Origin: Actinomycetota bacterium
GTDB lineage: Bacteria; Actinomycetota; Actinomycetes; Nanopelagicales; Nanopelagicaceae
NCBI GenBank assembly: GCA_009698295.1
Contig: WLQO01000001.1
Location: forward strand, 1-41,280
Length of the DNA: 41,280 bases
Reading direction: 5' to 3'
Positions 10,216-18,555 of this stretch are shown piece by piece. The position numbers were made by a program, and so were the translations under genes. The notes beneath the pieces are model-generated. The model was not told the origin of the DNA. It made no database searches and saw only the letters and a program-made list of their open reading frames with translations. Positions within the stretch are counted from its first letter, which is position 1. The number at the start of each line of letters is the position of its first letter.

Positions 10216-11412
10216 AGAGTCCGACTCTTCTACTTCTTCGCGAGTTATTCCGAGTAAGTAAAGAACGGAGTCAAGATAAGGCGCTGACACTGAACTATCA
10301 GCTGCAGCAACCACGGCTGGCTTGGCATTGAAAGCGATACCTAGTCCAGCAAGTGCGATCATATCTAGATCATTTGCACCGTCTCCAATAGCAATTGTCT
10401 GTTCTAAAGCAATTGAATGAAGTGCAGCAAATTCGCGAAGTGCATCAGCCTTACCAGCCCGATCAATTATCGCTCCAGTGATTTTGCCAGTGAGTTTGCC
10501 TCCGACTATCTCTAGATTATTGGCACGCATGTGGGCGATTTCTAATTCGGCCATTAAAGGTTTTATGACGCTCTCGAAGCCACCAGATACAAGAGCGACA
10601 TGGTGGCCAAGTTTGTGCAATGTGCGAATCAAGGTCCGCGCACCTGGAGTTAGTGAAATTTCGCCCTGCACATCGACTAAAATTGATTCTGGCAGGCCAG
10701 CTAACAACGCGACACGAGCCTTTAAGCTTTCTGCGAAATCTAACTCTCCGCGCATAGCAGATTCTGTGATGGCCTTGATTTCCGCGCCTTTGCCGGCCTT
10801 ATTACCTAAAAGTTCAATCACTTCTTGCTGAATTAAAGTGGAGTCGACATCCATAACGACCAATTTCTTGGCCCAGCGCATTAAACCGCCGGGGGAGACG
10901 GCAATATCAATTCCATTTTCTATTCCAATGCGAGCGAGTTCCGTCCGCAATTTGATTTGAGAAACGCCAGAGACGGTGAATTCAATTGCAGTTACTGGAT
11001 AGCTGGCAGTTCGGTGTATTCGTTCGATATTTCCGCCGTTAATTGCGATCGCGTTTGCTACAGAGTTGATCGCTGCGGGTTTAAGTGCTTGAGAAAGAAC
11101 TACGACATGCAACAAAGATTTCTTAACTGCGATATCAGTGGAGGCGCTATTTTCGAAGGCTGAAGCGATATCAACGCCCAGGCTATCTGCGCAAAGTTGG
11201 AGATCTGCTTCAATTGCGTCGGCATGCGCGGGCGAGCAGGAAATCAAAACGGTTAAAATCACTCGACCGCGAATGACAACCTGTTCGATATCTAAGATAT
11301 TTACCGCAAATTGCGCGAGGGTTTGAAAAAGGGATTCGGTGATACCGGGCTTATCGACTCCGGAGAGCAGGATCAGACCGGTAAATTGCTCATTTTTATC
11401 CTTGGTTGTCAT
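10210..11412 (-). CDS. serB: Phosphoserine phosphatase with two N-terminal ACT domains
   Basis: GVDKPGIT ACT motif; HAD motifs DVDSTL, VSGGF, GDGANDL. Start placed at ATG 11412 (the ORF track extends to 11439). Confidence 0.94.
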   Translation of the reverse strand: MTTKDKNEQFTGLILLSGVDKPGITESLFQTLAQFAVNILDIEQVVIRGRVILTVLISCSPAHADAIEADLQLCADSLGVDIASAFENSASTDIAVKKSLLHVVVLSQALKPAAINSVANAIAINGGNIERIHRTASYPVTAIEFTVSGVSQIKLRTELARIGIENGIDIAVSPGGLMRWAKKLVVMDVDSTLIQQEVIELLGNKAGKGAEIKAITESAMRGELDFAESLKARVALLAGLPESILVDVQGEISLTPGARTLIRTLHKLGHHVALVSGGFESVIKPLMAELEIAHMRANNLEIVGGKLTGKITGAIIDRAGKADALREFAALHSIALEQTIAIGDGANDLDMIALAGLGIAFNAKPAVVAAADSSVSAPYLDSVLYLLGITREEVEESDSL

Positions 11413-11498
11413 ATCGAGGAGAAGATTAGCGTGAATCACAGGTCATAAGACGGGCATTTAAGCAGATTCGCCAATGATTAGCGCTATCTTTTTCATCT

Positions 11499-12296
11499 AT
11501 GGAACATTACGGTGAACTCACAGTCCTGGCGATGCAGGGGGTAACTGTTACCCGCGGAGAACGCAGGATTTTGGGTCCGATCGATTTCCAGATTCGTAGC
11601 GGTGAACGCTGGGTTATTTTGGGACCAAATGGAGCAGGTAAATCCACGCTATTAAATATATTGGCGACGCGAATTTTTCCGACATCTGGCGTAGTAAAAA
11701 TTCTTGATCAAGAGATGGGCAAGGTAGACCTCTTTGAATTACGTACCCGAATCGGCGTATGTGCAAGTTTATTAGCCGAAGATATTCCAGATGACGAATT
11801 TGTTCGCGATGTTGTTTTAACTGCTGCGTATGCAGTTCTTGGACGTTGGAATGAAGCTTACGATCTCTGGGATGAGTCACGTGCAATGGCGCTTCTAACT
11901 ACCTTCGGAGTCCGCGATATGGCAGAGCGACGTTACTTCACACTAAGCGATGGCGAAAAGAAACGTGTTCAAATCGCGCGCGCTCTGATGGCCGATCCAG
12001 AACTGCTCTTATTGGACGAACCTACAGCGGGACTTGATCTTGGTGGGCGCGAAGATTTGTTGCGACGTTTTGCCGAATTCTCAATAGATCCGCTTGCTCC
12101 TGCCAGCATTGTTGTTACGCACCATATAGAAGAGATACCAGTCGGCACGACCCATGCGTTGATCATTAAAGATGGAACAATTGCCATCTCTGGACCAGTA
12201 GCCAATGTAATCACCAGTGAACATATGAGCGCGGTATTTGGTGTAAAGATCGCAGTCAGCGCTGAAAAGGGAAGGTTCTTCGCGCGTAGTTTATGA
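11499..12296 (+). CDS. ABC transporter ATP-binding protein (ModF-like), no adjacent permease
   Basis: Walker A GPNGAGKST, LSDGEKKR signature, LLLLDEP, THH. Confidence 0.9.
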   Translation: MEHYGELTVLAMQGVTVTRGERRILGPIDFQIRSGERWVILGPNGAGKSTLLNILATRIFPTSGVVKILDQEMGKVDLFELRTRIGVCASLLAEDIPDDEFVRDVVLTAAYAVLGRWNEAYDLWDESRAMALLTTFGVRDMAERRYFTLSDGEKKRVQIARALMADPELLLLDEPTAGLDLGGREDLLRRFAEFSIDPLAPASIVVTHHIEEIPVGTTHALIIKDGTIAISGPVANVITSEHMSAVFGVKIAVSAEKGRFFARSL

Positions 12297-12937
12297 AATT
12301 TCGCGAACAGCTGCACCCGTCATGGCAAGAGCTATTAATTGATCATCTGGATTTACTTGATGAAATTGAAAGCAGAATCTCCGATGATCAATATCTTCCT
12401 GCTCATCCATTGGTGATGCGCGCGCTAACTTATGATTTTAGAAGTGCGAAAGTTCTGATACTGGGCCAGGACCCTTACCCCAACCCTTTACATGCAATGG
12501 GATTGGCCTTTTCGGTCCCTGCCAATATTCAAGTGTTGCCGCCAACGTTAAGAAATATCTTCAAGGAGTTAAAGGCTGACCTGCAAATTGAAAAAGGCGG
12601 AAATGGAAATCTATCGGGTTGGGCAGATCAAGGAGTAGTGCTTTTAAATAGAACTCTGACTTGTCGAATTGGTGAGAGTAATTCACACTTGGCAGCAGGT
12701 TGGAGAACTTTTACACAAGCGTGTGTGTCAGCTTTGGCAGAATCCGAAGTCGTAGCAATTCTCTGGGGCGCAAATGCACAAGAGGTTAAGGGTTCTTTCG
12801 CCGAAGATAGATTGATTACTTCACCACATCCGAGTCCGCTTTCGGCATATCGTGGATTTTTTGGCTCCAAACCATTTACTCGTGCCAATACCGAGCTAGT
12901 AAAGATGGGGCGAGATCCGATCAACTGGTCCTTATAA
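12293..12937 (+). CDS. ung: Uracil-DNA glycosylase (family 1)
   Basis: GQDPYP, GLAFSV, GVVLLN, HPSPLSAYRGFFGSKPF; ATGA overlap with the upstream gene. Confidence 0.97.
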   Translation: MKFREQLHPSWQELLIDHLDLLDEIESRISDDQYLPAHPLVMRALTYDFRSAKVLILGQDPYPNPLHAMGLAFSVPANIQVLPPTLRNIFKELKADLQIEKGGNGNLSGWADQGVVLLNRTLTCRIGESNSHLAAGWRTFTQACVSALAESEVVAILWGANAQEVKGSFAEDRLITSPHPSPLSAYRGFFGSKPFTRANTELVKMGRDPINWSL

Positions 12938-12939
12938 AG

Positions 12940-12975
12940 AGCAACGCCCTGCAGTTGTTACCGCAGGGCGTTGCT
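12940..12975. terminator. Hairpin terminator between convergent ung and NCS2 genes, probably bidirectional
   Basis: Perfect 13-bp inverted repeat AGCAACGCCCTGC (12940-12952) / GCAGGGCGTTGCT (12963-12975) with a 10-nt loop. Confidence 0.8.
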
Positions 12976-12995
12976 GTAATGCAATTTATATCTAA

Positions 12996-14432
12996 CTATC
13001 CAACCCACGCATTGATTGGTGAAGATAGGAAGTAGATCATAAAGAGGCCAGATACTAGGAGAAGAAGTGGGTGTACTTCCTTTCCACGGCCTTGGATGTA
13101 ACGGATGACCACGTGAGTAACGAAGCCAGCGCCAATTCCAACTGAGATGTTGTAGGTAAATGGCATCAAGATGATTGTTAAGAAAGCGGGAATTGCGATT
13201 CCGTAATCTTCCCAATCAATTGCCTTGATCTGCGTCATCATCAAGAACCCTACGATTACCAGCGCTGGTGTAGCGGCTTCGTAAGGAATTATCGCAACTA
13301 ATGGCGCTAAGAAAGTTGTTAGCAAGAAACAAATTCCTGTGACCACGGATGCGAGTCCAGTGCGTGCGCCTTCACCAACACCAGATGCAGATTCAATGTA
13401 ACTGGTGTTTGATGAGATGCTGCCAGCGCCGCCGGCAACTGCCGCAATTGAGTCGACTAATAGGATTCGATCATTGTTAGGAATGTTGCCATCCTTGTCG
13501 ACTAGCCCTGCTTCATGACCAATGGCCGTGACTGTTCCGACTGTGTCGAAGAAGTCTGAGAGCAATAGTGTGAAGACGATAAGCACAACAGTGATTACCG
13601 GTACTCGATCCAATGAACCGAAGAGGTTAAATTGACCGAAGAGACCAAAATCAGGTGTGGCAACGATCTTTTCAGGCATCGCTGGAACATTTAAGCCCCA
13701 ACCCTTTGGATTAACTGCGCCGGTAGCACCGTTGAAGTTAGGACCGATCTTGAGTGAAGTTTCAACAATTACCGCGGCAATAGTTGCAACAATAATTCCG
13801 ATGAGTATCGCTCCCTTAACCTTCTTAACCATCAATCCGATAGTCAAGAAAAGCCCAAGTGCGAAGATGATAATTGGCCAACCAACAAGAGTTCCGCCAT
13901 CACCCAAAGTTACGGGAACCGGACCAGAAGGAGTCTTGCGAACGAAGCCAGCATCGACTAAACCAATTAGGGCAATGAATAACCCGATACCTACTGAGAT
14001 GGCGATCTTTAACTGAGCTGGTACAGCTTTAAAGACCGCAGTTCTAAATCCAGTCAAAACCAAAACGGTGATGATTAGACCTTCAAGAACAACAAGTCCC
14101 ATTGCATCTGCCCAGGTCATCCTTGATGCGATTCCAACGGCTACGAAAGTGTTGAGACCAAGTCCTGTTGCGAGTGCCAGCGGATAATTTCCGACTACGC
14201 CCATCAAGATAGTTAATAGACCGGCCATTAGAGCGGTCATTGCAGCAACGAGTGCGAGATTTGGAGCATCTCCGCCGCCAAGGAATTTTCCATCCGCATC
14301 TTTTGCAAGACCGATGATTAGAGGATTGAGCGCCACGATGTAAGCCATAGTGAAGAATGTGACGATTCCGCCACGGACTTCTCTTGCTACTGTGGAGCCA
14401 CGTTGCGATATTTTGAAATAGCTATCGAGCAT
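12996..14432 (-). CDS. NCS2/AzgA-family nucleobase (purine) permease
   Basis: FKISQRGSTVAREVRGG..TFFTMAYI, DFFDTVGT, YIESASGVGEGARTGL; many TM helices; SD AGGAAGG upstream. Confidence 0.93.
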   Translation of the reverse strand: MLDSYFKISQRGSTVAREVRGGIVTFFTMAYIVALNPLIIGLAKDADGKFLGGGDAPNLALVAAMTALMAGLLTILMGVVGNYPLALATGLGLNTFVAVGIASRMTWADAMGLVVLEGLIITVLVLTGFRTAVFKAVPAQLKIAISVGIGLFIALIGLVDAGFVRKTPSGPVPVTLGDGGTLVGWPIIIFALGLFLTIGLMVKKVKGAILIGIIVATIAAVIVETSLKIGPNFNGATGAVNPKGWGLNVPAMPEKIVATPDFGLFGQFNLFGSLDRVPVITVVLIVFTLLLSDFFDTVGTVTAIGHEAGLVDKDGNIPNNDRILLVDSIAAVAGGAGSISSNTSYIESASGVGEGARTGLASVVTGICFLLTTFLAPLVAIIPYEAATPALVIVGFLMMTQIKAIDWEDYGIAIPAFLTIILMPFTYNISVGIGAGFVTHVVIRYIQGRGKEVHPLLLLVSGLFMIYFLSSPINAWVG

Positions 14433-14438
14433 GACATA

Positions 14439-14512
14439 CCTTCCTAATTTTGTTATCGGGGGTGGTTGCGACCCCGTGTGAAATGACGGCTCACAGACCG
14501 AGGGATAAGAGG
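14439..14512 (-). promoter_or_regulatory. Structured 5' leader of the NCS2 permease (candidate cis-regulatory RNA)
   Basis: Minus-strand stems UUAUC/GAUAA, UGUGA/UCACA and CGGGG/CCCCG lie just upstream of the SD. No known family recognised. Confidence 0.35.
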
Positions 14513-14531
14513 ATCTAAGCCGATTACTTAC

Positions 14532-15212
14532 TTACTTCGAGGTAAGGCGCGCGACAACTCCAAAGGAAATTGCCACTGATTGGCCAATTAGGAGCGCAAA
14601 TAGCGCAGTTCCGATTCCAATTTTGCCCCCAAGGAGCCATCCGATGGCCAAGACTGTTACCTCAATACCCATACGAACTCGTCCGACGCGAATTCCGGTC
14701 ATGTTATGAATTCCGGTCATGGCGCCATCGCGCGGTCCCGGTCCTAATCCGCAAGTTATATATAGCGCTGAACCTACGCCGACTAGCGCAATTCCCAGGA
14801 GCGCCGAAGCTAATCCGCCCAAGAAAGTGCTCTGTAAGGGAAAGCGATCGACGCCAAGTTGAATCGTCGTGGAGATAATGGCGATATTACTTAACGTTCC
14901 AAATCCTGGTCGCTCGCGAAGTGGAATCCAGATTAAAAGCACGCCGCAACCAGTAAAAAAAGTAGCCCAACCTAAAGATAGCCCCAGTTTCAAACTTAGA
15001 CCTTGCGCGAAAACGGTCCATGGTGCGTTACCTAAATTTGATTGGACGACAAGTGCATCACCAAAACCGAATATTGCTAAACCAATGAAGAGAATCAATA
15101 CTCGCGAAAGAGAGAGATCCCAACGATGCTGGGCCCGCCAAGGTGTAACAGGTACGGTTTTATGCGGCCGCAGATGTGCAATAAGCGTTTTAAAAGTACC
15201 TGATTTATCCAT
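14532..15212 (-). CDS. YczE/YyaS/YitT-family membrane protein
   Basis: LGNAPWTVFAQGLS, RERPGFGT, GLGPGPRDGAMTG, GGKIGIGT; hydrophobic. Confidence 0.85.
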   Translation of the reverse strand: MDKSGTFKTLIAHLRPHKTVPVTPWRAQHRWDLSLSRVLILFIGLAIFGFGDALVVQSNLGNAPWTVFAQGLSLKLGLSLGWATFFTGCGVLLIWIPLRERPGFGTLSNIAIISTTIQLGVDRFPLQSTFLGGLASALLGIALVGVGSALYITCGLGPGPRDGAMTGIHNMTGIRVGRVRMGIEVTVLAIGWLLGGKIGIGTALFALLIGQSVAISFGVVARLTSK

Positions 15213-15263
15213 TCGGGGAGTTTATAGCAATGGCAAGGATTTATATCCTCTATTGTTACCGCT

Positions 15264-15998
15264 ATGTTCGTAGGCTTTGGTACCGCGGTTAATATCGCAA
15301 CGATTATTGGGGGAGCATCCCTTGGCGTGTTAGTTGGCGGACGTATGTCATTACGGACCAGAACTTTGATTACAGAAGTTTTGGGACTCATAACAATTCT
15401 GGGCGCAGTCAGTGCGTTAGCGCCGATGTGGTCAGCAAGATATATCTCTGCGCTTCCCAAAGGATGGACTCTGCTCGCGATATTAGCTGCGCTGTTGATA
15501 GGTGGTCTGATCGGATCAGCGCTTAATCTCGAAACTAAGTTAGATGGCGTTGGGGAGAGTTTAAGGAAGAAATTCCGTGCCCATGAAGAGAGCACTTTTG
15601 TAGAAGGTTTTGTTTCTGCATCACTGCTATTTGCTATTGGACCACTTGCTATCTTGGGTTCGATTAGCGATGGAATGTCTACTGGGATCGATCAACTACT
15701 TTTGAAATCGAGTCTCGACTTTTTTGCAGCCATGGCTTTCGCCGCAAGTTTAGGTTGGGGCGTTGCCGCATCTGCAATACCGGTTGGCATTTATCAAGGG
15801 GTCTGGACCCTAGTTGGTTTGGGGTTAGGAAACATCTTGAGTGGCTATCAAGTCGATGCCATGACGATCACAGGTGGGTTGATGCTGGTCTGTATTGGCC
15901 TAAGACTATTGAAGATCAAGGAAATTGCGGTGGGCAATTTACTGCCAGCGCTATTTATCGCTCCAGTTTTAGTTCAAATACTTAATTACTTCGCTTAG
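15264..15998 (+). CDS. DUF554 (YdfK/YqgA-like) membrane protein
   Basis: GTAVN..I..G, FVEGFVSASLLF..GPLAILGSI.DG, KSSLD, NLLPAL. Confidence 0.88.
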   Translation: MFVGFGTAVNIATIIGGASLGVLVGGRMSLRTRTLITEVLGLITILGAVSALAPMWSARYISALPKGWTLLAILAALLIGGLIGSALNLETKLDGVGESLRKKFRAHEESTFVEGFVSASLLFAIGPLAILGSISDGMSTGIDQLLLKSSLDFFAAMAFAASLGWGVAASAIPVGIYQGVWTLVGLGLGNILSGYQVDAMTITGGLMLVCIGLRLLKIKEIAVGNLLPALFIAPVLVQILNYFA

Positions 15999-16006
15999 CA
16001 AAATAA

Positions 16007-17047
16007 TTAAAAAGTAGATGCGTCAATCACGAAGCGATATTTAACATCGCTGGCTACGGTGCGATCGTATGCCTTGTTGATGTAATCAGATTTAATTACT
16101 TCCACATCGCTGACGATATTGTGCTTGCCACAGAAATCGAGCATTTCCTGCATCTCAGGAATGCCACCAATCATTGAACCAGACAGTGATCGACGTGCTG
16201 GCAGAAGAGATCCAACTTCGACGGCATATGGCTTTCCGGGAAGTCCGATAACCACCAATGTTCCATCCACATTTAACATCTCAAGATATTTATTGATATC
16301 TAATTCAGCGCTGACAGTATTCAAAATCAAATCAAAGTGCTTCTTCAAATTCTTATTGAAATCTGCGCTATTGGTAGAAATAAAGTGATGGGCACCCATG
16401 GCCTTTGCATCGCCTTCTTTTGATGGCGAGTGCGAGAAGACTGTGACTTCTGCGCCAAGTGCTACGGCGAACTTAACGCCCATGTGCCCAAGACCACCAA
16501 GGCCCATCACTGCAACTTTCTTTCCTGGTCCAGTGTTCCAATGTTTGATTGGAGAATAGAGAGTGATTCCCGCACAAAGCAGAGGTGCTACTCCGTCCAG
16601 CGGCAAGTTCTCAGGAATCGATACTGCATAATCTTCATTAATGACCATGATGTTTGAGTATCCACCCATGGCTGGAGTCTTTCCATCGCGTTCTAGCTGA
16701 TTGTAAGTTCCGGTCATACCTTCGATGCAGTACTGCTGCAGACCCTTTAGACAAGATGGACATTTGCGGCATGAGTCAACAAATACGCCGACTCCAATAC
16801 GATCGCCGACTTTAAATTTGGTTACAGATGAACCAACTTGCGAAACGATTCCGGCAATTTCATGGCCAGGCACCATAGGAAAGATCGCAGGGCCCCACTC
16901 TTCGCGGACCTGATGGATATCGGAGTGACAGATGCCCGAGTATTTAATATCTAAGGCAACATCATTAGCGCCCAATTCACGCCGTTCAAATTCCCAAGGA
17001 GTCATCTCTGCTTTTGCCTGCATTGCTGCGTATCCACGAACCTTCAT
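16007..17047 (-). CDS. Zn-dependent NAD(P)H alcohol dehydrogenase (cinnamyl ADH/AdhC-like)
   Basis: GICHSD, PGHEIAG, structural Zn site CRKCPSC..C, PLLCAGIT, GLGGLGH, DVKYRFVID. Confidence 0.94.
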   Translation of the reverse strand: MKVRGYAAMQAKAEMTPWEFERRELGANDVALDIKYSGICHSDIHQVREEWGPAIFPMVPGHEIAGIVSQVGSSVTKFKVGDRIGVGVFVDSCRKCPSCLKGLQQYCIEGMTGTYNQLERDGKTPAMGGYSNIMVINEDYAVSIPENLPLDGVAPLLCAGITLYSPIKHWNTGPGKKVAVMGLGGLGHMGVKFAVALGAEVTVFSHSPSKEGDAKAMGAHHFISTNSADFNKNLKKHFDLILNTVSAELDINKYLEMLNVDGTLVVIGLPGKPYAVEVGSLLPARRSLSGSMIGGIPEMQEMLDFCGKHNIVSDVEVIKSDYINKAYDRTVASDVKYRFVIDASTF

Positions 17048-17730
17048 TTATTTTCTCCTTTGGCGTTTTCATCATCTTGGTTTGTTACTTGCGTAAAAGG
17101 TAGTGGCATAGGCGAGGTATGTCCCGCGCGAGATGCGCGCGCAGTTACTTGTCGCATATGGTGGCGGCGGCAGAGAACTTCATAGGCAATTTCGGAGCCG
17201 GGTGCGACATCTCCAACCACAACTTGTTCGCCTTCAGTGACCATTACACCGCCAAGTGTGCGGGCGTTATGTGTTGCACGAGAGCCACACCAGCAGAGAG
17301 CTTCGACTTGTAAGGTATTTACGCGATCGGCTAACTCAACCAAGCGGGCCGATCCAGGAAAGAGCTTGGTACGAAAGTCTGCAAGGATGCCAAAAGCAAA
17401 GACATCAATTCCCAATCCATCGACTATTTTGGCAAGTCCTTCAATTTGTATAGGCTGATAAAACTGAGCCTCATCGCAGATTATGTAATCGATGCGATCA
17501 CCCAGGGATAAACGTTCTACAACTAAGCGATGGATATCTAGATCGGTATCAACTTCTATCGCACTGCTTTGTAAGCCTAAACGGGAAGAGATGACACCGC
17601 TTCCAGCGCGATCCTTGCTAGTGAAGATCAGACCAGAACGGCCACGACTCTTATGGTTATGTGCAGTCTGCAGCGCCAGGGTTGATTTACCGCTATCCAT
17701 CGTCCCGCAGTAATAGATTAACTCAGCCAC
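17044..17730 (-). CDS. tdk: Thymidine kinase
   Basis: GTMDSGKST, DEAQF, DFRTKLFPGS, Zn-binding CWCG and CRRH. Probable GTG start at 17730; stop overlaps the adh ATG. Confidence 0.95.
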   Translation of the reverse strand: MAELIYYCGTMDSGKSTLALQTAHNHKSRGRSGLIFTSKDRAGSGVISSRLGLQSSAIEVDTDLDIHRLVVERLSLGDRIDYIICDEAQFYQPIQIEGLAKIVDGLGIDVFAFGILADFRTKLFPGSARLVELADRVNTLQVEALCWCGSRATHNARTLGGVMVTEGEQVVVGDVAPGSEIAYEVLCRRHHMRQVTARASRAGHTSPMPLPFTQVTNQDDENAKGENK

Positions 17731-17792
17731 GGAGCGCATCCTGCCACTTATTATTCATGGGCGCAGCACTTGTGGCCTTTGTATCCAAAGCT

Positions 17793-18320
17793 TCACGCAT
17801 GATGGAGTGCAATAATTTCAATCTCAGGATATTTCTCAGCGATCTTTGATCTACCGTTTAAAAAATCAATCTCCAACAAGACCAAAACCTTGGTTACGAC
17901 TGCGCCACAGCGCTTTGCAAGTTCAATTGCTGCGAGGAGCGTGCCTCCGGTGGCTAGGACGTCATCGACTATCAGAACTTTCTGATTTGGACGGAAGGCA
18001 TCTGTGTGAACTTCGAGTTCATCATCACCATATTCCAATCCATATTTTGCACCAAAAGTTTTATGCGGCAATTTTCCTTGCTTGCGAAATGGAACAAATC
18101 CTAGGTAAGCGCTGTTAGCAAGAGCAGATCCCAGGATAAATCCGCGCGCTTCCACGCCACCAATAACTTCAACATCGATGAGAGATTCTGACATCTTGGC
18201 GATAACAGCAGAAAATGCGGACGGACTGGAAAGTATCGGCGTTATATCCTGGAAAAGGATTCCCGTTTTTGGAAAGTCGGGAATCTCGCGAATTAATCCC
18301 AGGGCGTTTGCGAACTCCAT
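17793..18320 (-). CDS. apt: Adenine phosphoribosyltransferase
   Basis: PDFPK.GILFQDITP, EARGF, RKQGKLP, LEYG, VDDVLATGGT. Confidence 0.97.
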   Translation of the reverse strand: MEFANALGLIREIPDFPKTGILFQDITPILSSPSAFSAVIAKMSESLIDVEVIGGVEARGFILGSALANSAYLGFVPFRKQGKLPHKTFGAKYGLEYGDDELEVHTDAFRPNQKVLIVDDVLATGGTLLAAIELAKRCGAVVTKVLVLLEIDFLNGRSKIAEKYPEIEIIALHHA

Positions 18321-18357
18321 AACCCACCAATCCCACTTAAATTCAAATACCTATTTG

Positions 18358-18441
18358 TGTCCGAGAGGGGACTTGAACCCCTAAGCCCTTGCGGGCACTA
18401 ACACCTCAAGCTAGCGCGTCTGCCAATTCCGCCACCCGGAC
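18358..18441 (-). tRNA. tRNA-Leu(GAG), CCA not encoded
   Basis: Minus strand GTCCGGGTGGCGGAATTGGCAGACGCGCTAGCTTGAGGTGTTAGTGCCCGCAAGGGCTTAGGGGTTCAAGTCCCCTCTCGGACA: acceptor stem, D-loop, anticodon GAG, long variable arm, TTCAA T-loop. Confidence 0.97.
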
Positions 18442-18454
18442 GAGTGCGTCGGCA

Positions 18455-18484
18455 ACGATAGCAACGGAGAGGGGTCCGAGGCAA
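18455..18484 (-). promoter_or_regulatory. Putative sigma-A promoter for tRNA-Leu
   Basis: TTGCCT-N18-TATCGT on the minus strand, 13 nt upstream of the tRNA 5' end. Confidence 0.55.
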
Positions 18485-18555
18485 AGCGGATGAGAGACTG
18501 GCAATAAAGCCTTCAAGTGGGCGATAAATATCTGGCTTTGGTAGAGAATAAGCAG

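Noticed and set aside
14453-14512. SAM-I riboswitch, suggested by CUCUUAUC...GCAACC...GAUAA
   Set aside because: Too short, lacks the AGAG/kink-turn P2, pseudoknot and GUGC elements, and the downstream gene is not sulfur-related.
17723-17800. 25-codon minus-strand ORF (MREALDTK...) bridging apt and tdk
   Set aside because: No SD or promoter support, overlaps both neighbours, and is of a length expected by chance.
16007-18441. Genomic island integrated at tRNA-Leu
   Set aside because: No integrase, no duplicated tRNA 3' end noticed, and the flanking genes are housekeeping with no evident compositional shift.
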